Positions 34,150 through 37,704 of a DNA stretch of 37,704 nucleotides are shown one piece after another. The notes beneath the pieces are model-generated. The model did not search any database. It was not told the DNA's origin and worked only from the letters and a program-made list of their open reading frames with translations. Source of the stretch: an uncultured Bdellovibrionales bacterium (lineage in GTDB: Bacteria; Patescibacteriota; Minisyncoccia; Moranbacterales; UBA1568). Where the stretch lies: positions 1 to 37,704 of the forward strand of contig CAYOIM010000003.1 of the NCBI GenBank assembly GCA_964404075.1. Reading direction: 5' to 3'. Numbering within the stretch: position 1 is the first letter of the stretch; the number at the start of each line of letters is the position of its first letter. The translations under genes were made by a program, and so were the position numbers.

Positions 34150-34722
34150 ATGCTTCTTATGGACACACGGAACCTTTTTATCATTTCCGGACCATCCGGT
34201 GTCGGAGAAGATTCGGTCATCGATGGTCTCGAGAAACGCTTTCCCATCGAGCGGGTCGTGACGACGACGAGCCGTGCCATGCGCCCCGGGGACTCCGACG
34301 GTCACCCCTACCATTTCATCAGCCAGGTCGATTTCGAACGAGGCATCACGGAAGGGCAGTTCTTCGAATGGGCGAAACAATATAATGACAACCTCTATGG
34401 GGTGACCCATGCGGAAATACGCCGCGTCATCGAGAGCGGTCGCATCGGCATCTGGAAAATCGATTATCAAGGGGTTATCACGGCGAAAAATCTTTTTCCC
34501 GGCATTGTGGCCATCCTGCTTACCGCTCCAATTCCGATACTCGAATCCCGTATCCGAAAGCGCGATAGCGTCACGGAAGCATTCATAGGGGAACGCATGG
34601 CATACACCAGGGAATGGCTGAAACATACCGATATCTATGACTACGCGATCGAAAACAAAGAAGGGATGCTCGATCAAACCATCGAAAAAGTCGCGCTCCT
34701 CATCGAACAACACCGAAAATAG
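34150..34722 (+). CDS. gmk: Guanylate kinase-like protein with an altered P-loop
   Basis: TTSRAMRPGDSDGHPYHFIS ... FFEWAKQYNDNLYGV fits Gmk. The P-loop reads GPSGVGEDS instead of GPSGxGKS/T. Confidence 0.75.
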   Translation: MLLMDTRNLFIISGPSGVGEDSVIDGLEKRFPIERVVTTTSRAMRPGDSDGHPYHFISQVDFERGITEGQFFEWAKQYNDNLYGVTHAEIRRVIESGRIGIWKIDYQGVITAKNLFPGIVAILLTAPIPILESRIRKRDSVTEAFIGERMAYTREWLKHTDIYDYAIENKEGMLDQTIEKVALLIEQHRK

Positions 34723-34747
34723 CCTCCTTCCCACCGAAGCGAGGAGG

Positions 34748-35695
34748 ATGATTCGCTGTGTCCAGAACTTCGTCGCAGAACAACAGCTCTGGAAACACGG
34801 AGACTCTTTTGTCCTCGGTATTTCCGGAGGACCGGACAGTGTTTGTCTCCTCGACATCTTCACCTCTTTGCGGAAAAAATACGATTTTCGCATCACCCTC
34901 GCCCATGTGAACTATGGGCTCCGCGGAAAGGAATCAGATCGGGATGAAGCCTTCGTGAAACAGCTCGCCTGTCAATATGACCTACCCCTCTTCCTCCTGC
35001 ATCCAAAAATTACACAAAAAAATAATCTCGAAGAGCGCCTTCGCGATATCCGATACCGATTCTTCGAAAACATCCGCGAAGAAACAGTCTCCCGACACAT
35101 CGTCACCGCCCACCACGAAGACGACCAAGCAGAGACATTCCTCCTCCATCTCTTCCGCGGTTCCGGTCTGCGGGGACTCTCCGCTATGCGACCGAAGAAC
35201 GGCGCCCTGATCCGCCCGCTCCTCAATACCTCGCGAGCAGACATTCTGAATTACCTTTCCGCACGACACCTTCCTTTCCGCACCGATACGACGAATTCCT
35301 CCGATCGATTCCTCAGGAATAGGATCCGGAACAGACTCCTCCCCCTTCTCGAGAAAGAATACGCGCCGAAACTGCGGAAACGATTGGCCATGAACGCCTC
35401 TCTCATCGCAGAAGACCTCTCTCTCCTCGAACGAAAGACACGGAAAAACTCGAAGAACATCCTTCACGACAGTCACTCTTTTTCCCTCAAATCATTTTCC
35501 GGGCTCTCTCTTCCCGAGCGGCGAATTTTTCTCGAGGCTCTTTTCAAAAAACAGAGGGGCGAAGTGCGCCGGACATGGATTACCGAAACAGAGAAAATGC
35601 TTTGCTTAGCCAAAAACAAAAATCAGATTCTCACCTTCCCTGGGTTGAAAATTCTTCGGAAAGGTGATACAGTGCTCCTGATACAGACTCATTAA
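34748..35695 (+). CDS. tilS: tRNA(Ile)-lysidine synthase
   Basis: It has a PP-loop (VLGISGGPDSVCLL) followed by AHVNYGLRG and TAHHEDDQAETFLL. The ATG at 34748 follows GAGGAGG. Confidence 0.88.
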   Translation: MIRCVQNFVAEQQLWKHGDSFVLGISGGPDSVCLLDIFTSLRKKYDFRITLAHVNYGLRGKESDRDEAFVKQLACQYDLPLFLLHPKITQKNNLEERLRDIRYRFFENIREETVSRHIVTAHHEDDQAETFLLHLFRGSGLRGLSAMRPKNGALIRPLLNTSRADILNYLSARHLPFRTDTTNSSDRFLRNRIRNRLLPLLEKEYAPKLRKRLAMNASLIAEDLSLLERKTRKNSKNILHDSHSFSLKSFSGLSLPERRIFLEALFKKQRGEVRRTWITETEKMLCLAKNKNQILTFPGLKILRKGDTVLLIQTH

Positions 35696-35704
35696 ATTCT
35701 TTTC

Positions 35705-35805
35705 AGGAGCTCTGATTTTATAAGTTTTGAGATCTCTCGCAGCGCAGACTCCTTTTCCCGAGTCGAGCAGGGAATGATCGAGAAGCTTATAAAATCAGAG
35801 CTCCT
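35705..35805. repeat. 20-bp perfect inverted repeat spanning the tilS-ftsH spacer
   Basis: aggagctctgattttataag (35705-35724) pairs with cttataaaatcagagctcct (35786-35805). They are separated by 61 nt that contains a gactc/gagtc hairpin. Confidence 0.8.
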
Positions 35806-35820
35806 CCATAAATCAAATCT

Positions 35821-37704
35821 ATGGAAAAGCTCCTCCGCCATCTCTCGACCATCATGCTCGTCTTCCTCATCGTCGTCGGCATCGTGATTCTCTATCAATC
35901 GCCCGAGAAAAAGCCTGCGGAAATCTCCCTGAGTGAACTCGTCACTCAGATCAACAATGGCGAGATCAAGCAAATCGGCGTGAAGCAAAACGAGCTCTCT
36001 ATCGAAAAAAATGATGGCACCGCCGAAAAAGCGATGAAAGAAGGCGAGTCCTCACTCTCCGAAACCCTCCGAAATTATGGAGTAAACAGCGACAGGCTCG
36101 GAAGCGTCTCCATCAGCATCGAAAAAGAATCCGGGGCGAGCTATTGGATTGCGGCCATACTCCCTATCCTCATCCCATTTCTCCTCATCGCGGGCTTCAT
36201 CTGGTTCATGATGCGTCAGGCGCAGAGAGGCAATGCTCAGGCGCTTTCTTTCGGAACTTCCCGCGCCCGCATGCTCGATCCCAAGGACAAACGAAAGCGC
36301 GTCACCTTCAAAGATATCGCGGGAGCCAAAGAATCCAAAGAAGAGCTCTCTGAAATCGTCGATTTCCTCAAGGAACCGAAGAAATTTCTCGATATGGGTG
36401 CCAAGATTCCCCGCGGAGTGCTCCTCCTCGGCCCCCCCGGTACGGGCAAAACCCTCATGGCGAAAGCCGTCGCCGGTGAAGCGGGGGTTCCTTTCTTCAA
36501 CATCAGCGGATCAGAATTCGTGGAGATGTTCGTCGGCGTCGGGGCGAGTCGCGTTCGCGATCTCTTCAAGCAAGCGAAGAAAAACGCCCCCTCTATCGTC
36601 TTCATCGACGAAATCGATGCGGTCGGTCGTCATCGCGGCGCCGGTCTCGGCGGCGGTCACGACGAACGGGAACAGACACTCAATCAGATACTCGTTGAGA
36701 TGGACGGCTTCGAGACGGATTCCAGCGTCATCGTCATCGCTTCGACCAACCGTCCCGATGTCCTCGACCCGGCACTGCTCCGTCCCGGTCGATTCGACCG
36801 TCGCGTGACCATGGACCTCCCCGACATCAATGAACGAGAGGCGATTCTCCGAATCCATTCCAAGGGCAAGCCCCTCGCAAAGAATATCAATCTGCGCCGC
36901 GTGGCAGAACGGACGCCCGGATTCTCCGGGGCCGACCTCGCGAATCTCACCAATGAGGCGGCCATCCTCGCGACCCGGCGAGATAAGAAGATCATCGATC
37001 TTTCCGAGCTGACGGAGTCCATCGAGAAGGTCATCCTCGGACCCGAACGGCGTAGCCGCATCGTGAACGATGCCGAAAAGAAAGTCATCGCCTATCACGA
37101 AGCCGGTCACGCGCTCATCGCCTCATCCCTTCCGAATGCCGATCCGGTACAAAAAGTTTCCATCATCTCCCGCGGTCACGCCGGAGGATATACCCTCGCC
37201 GTCCCGACCGAAGACAAGATGCTCCAGAGCACCGCCTATTTCTACGACGAACTCGCGACCCTCCTCGGCGGGTATGCGAGCGAGAAACTCGTCTTCAACG
37301 ATACCACGACCGGACCATCCAATGATCTCGAACGGGCGACCAATATGGCGAGAGGCATGGTAACCCGCTATGGCATGAGCCGACTCGGCGCCCGTACTTT
37401 CGGTCACAAGCAGGAACTCGTCTTCATCGGCAAGGAAATGCATGAGGAACGGAATTACTCCGAGAAGACCGCAGAAAATATCGATACCGAAGTATCGAGA
37501 CTCGTCGAAGAGGCATTCCAGAAGGCGACGAGCATTCTCACCGAAAAGAAAGCGATACTCGATCGCATCGCAAACGCCCTCCTCGAACGGGAGACCCTGG
37601 AAAAGGAATCATACGATGCGCTCATCCGAGGCGAGACACTCCCCCCATTCGCCCCCGTTGAAATTCCTGATGCTTCCGAAGAAACAGCTCCGCTCCCTGA
37701 TGCC
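35821..37704 (+). CDS. ftsH: ATP-dependent zinc metalloprotease FtsH (3' end outside the window)
   Basis: This is my own translation, open from the ATG at 35821 to the window end (628 codons). It has two TM segments, Walker A ([13 protein letters not shown]), Walker B (IVFIDEIDA), the second region of homology (SRH; [19 protein letters not shown]) and the Zn motif HEAGHAL. Confidence 0.93.
   Translation, partial: MEKLLRHLSTIMLVFLIVVGIVILYQSPEKKPAEISLSELVTQINNGEIKQIGVKQNELSIEKNDGTAEKAMKEGESSLSETLRNYGVNSDRLGSVSISIEKESGASYWIAAILPILIPFLLIAGFIWFMMRQAQRGNAQALSFGTSRARMLDPKDKRKRVTFKDIAGAKESKEELSEIVDFLKEPKKFLDMGAKIPRGVLLLGPPGTGKTLMAKAVAGEAGVPFFNISGSEFVEMFVGVGASRVRDLFKQAKKNAPSIVFIDEIDAVGRHRGAGLGGGHDEREQTLNQILVEMDGFETDSSVIVIASTNRPDVLDPALLRPGRFDRRVTMDLPDINEREAILRIHSKGKPLAKNINLRRVAERTPGFSGADLANLTNEAAILATRRDKKIIDLSELTESIEKVILGPERRSRIVNDAEKKVIAYHEAGHALIASSLPNADPVQKVSIISRGHAGGYTLAVPTEDKMLQSTAYFYDELATLLGGYASEKLVFNDTTTGPSNDLERATNMARGMVTRYGMSRLGARTFGHKQELVFIGKEMHEERNYSEKTAENIDTEVSRLVEEAFQKATSILTEKKAILDRIANALLERETLEKESYDALIRGETLPPFAPVEIPDASEETAPLPDA

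Noticed and set aside
35692-35988. A 98-aa minus-strand ORF across the tilS-ftsH spacer and the ftsH start.
   Set aside because: It overlaps the clearly real ftsH N-terminus in antisense and runs through the 20-bp inverted repeat. It has no motif.

Overview
This 37.7 kb chromosomal segment appears to come from a small-genome bacterium. Gene style suggests Candidate Phyla Radiation/Patescibacteria, but that is inference only. No searches were run, so all product calls rest on motifs read from the supplied translations and all RNA and repeat calls on the nucleotide sequence.

Most of the window is housekeeping. The minus strand carries nth, a NUDIX gene, rpoD and dnaG, guaA, pcrA/uvrD, rsmA, a G5/RlpA-like wall protein, comM, lspA, a dksA/traR-like gene, yraN, pnp, rpsO, gyrA and an MBL-fold gene. 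The plus strand carries a UbiA-type prenyltransferase fusion and rpsA-gmk-tilS-ftsH, with ftsH running off the 3' end.

Five things are not routine:
1. The left edge holds a tRNA-Asn(GUU) gene split by a 218-nt group I intron.
2. An IS110-family element with a frameshifted transposase abuts an intact IS200/IS605-type tnpA element.
3. About 5.1 kb of accessory DNA (22860-27958) sits between rpsO and pnp. It holds two tandem paralogous winged-helix genes with a 40-nt identical promoter/leader and a NYN-domain gene. It also holds the most interesting locus: a 95-codon N-terminal stub of cas12a that ends inside a Cas12a-type CRISPR repeat. A second copy of that repeat lies 1640 bp away, and the two bracket a self-contained AAA ATPase/PD-(D/E)xK-like gene.
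4. An 820-bp gene-free region has a consensus promoter and many hairpins, so it is a candidate for a large ncRNA of unknown class.
5. Two families of intergenic hairpin repeats occur in the window, and a 20-bp perfect inverted repeat fills the tilS-ftsH spacer.
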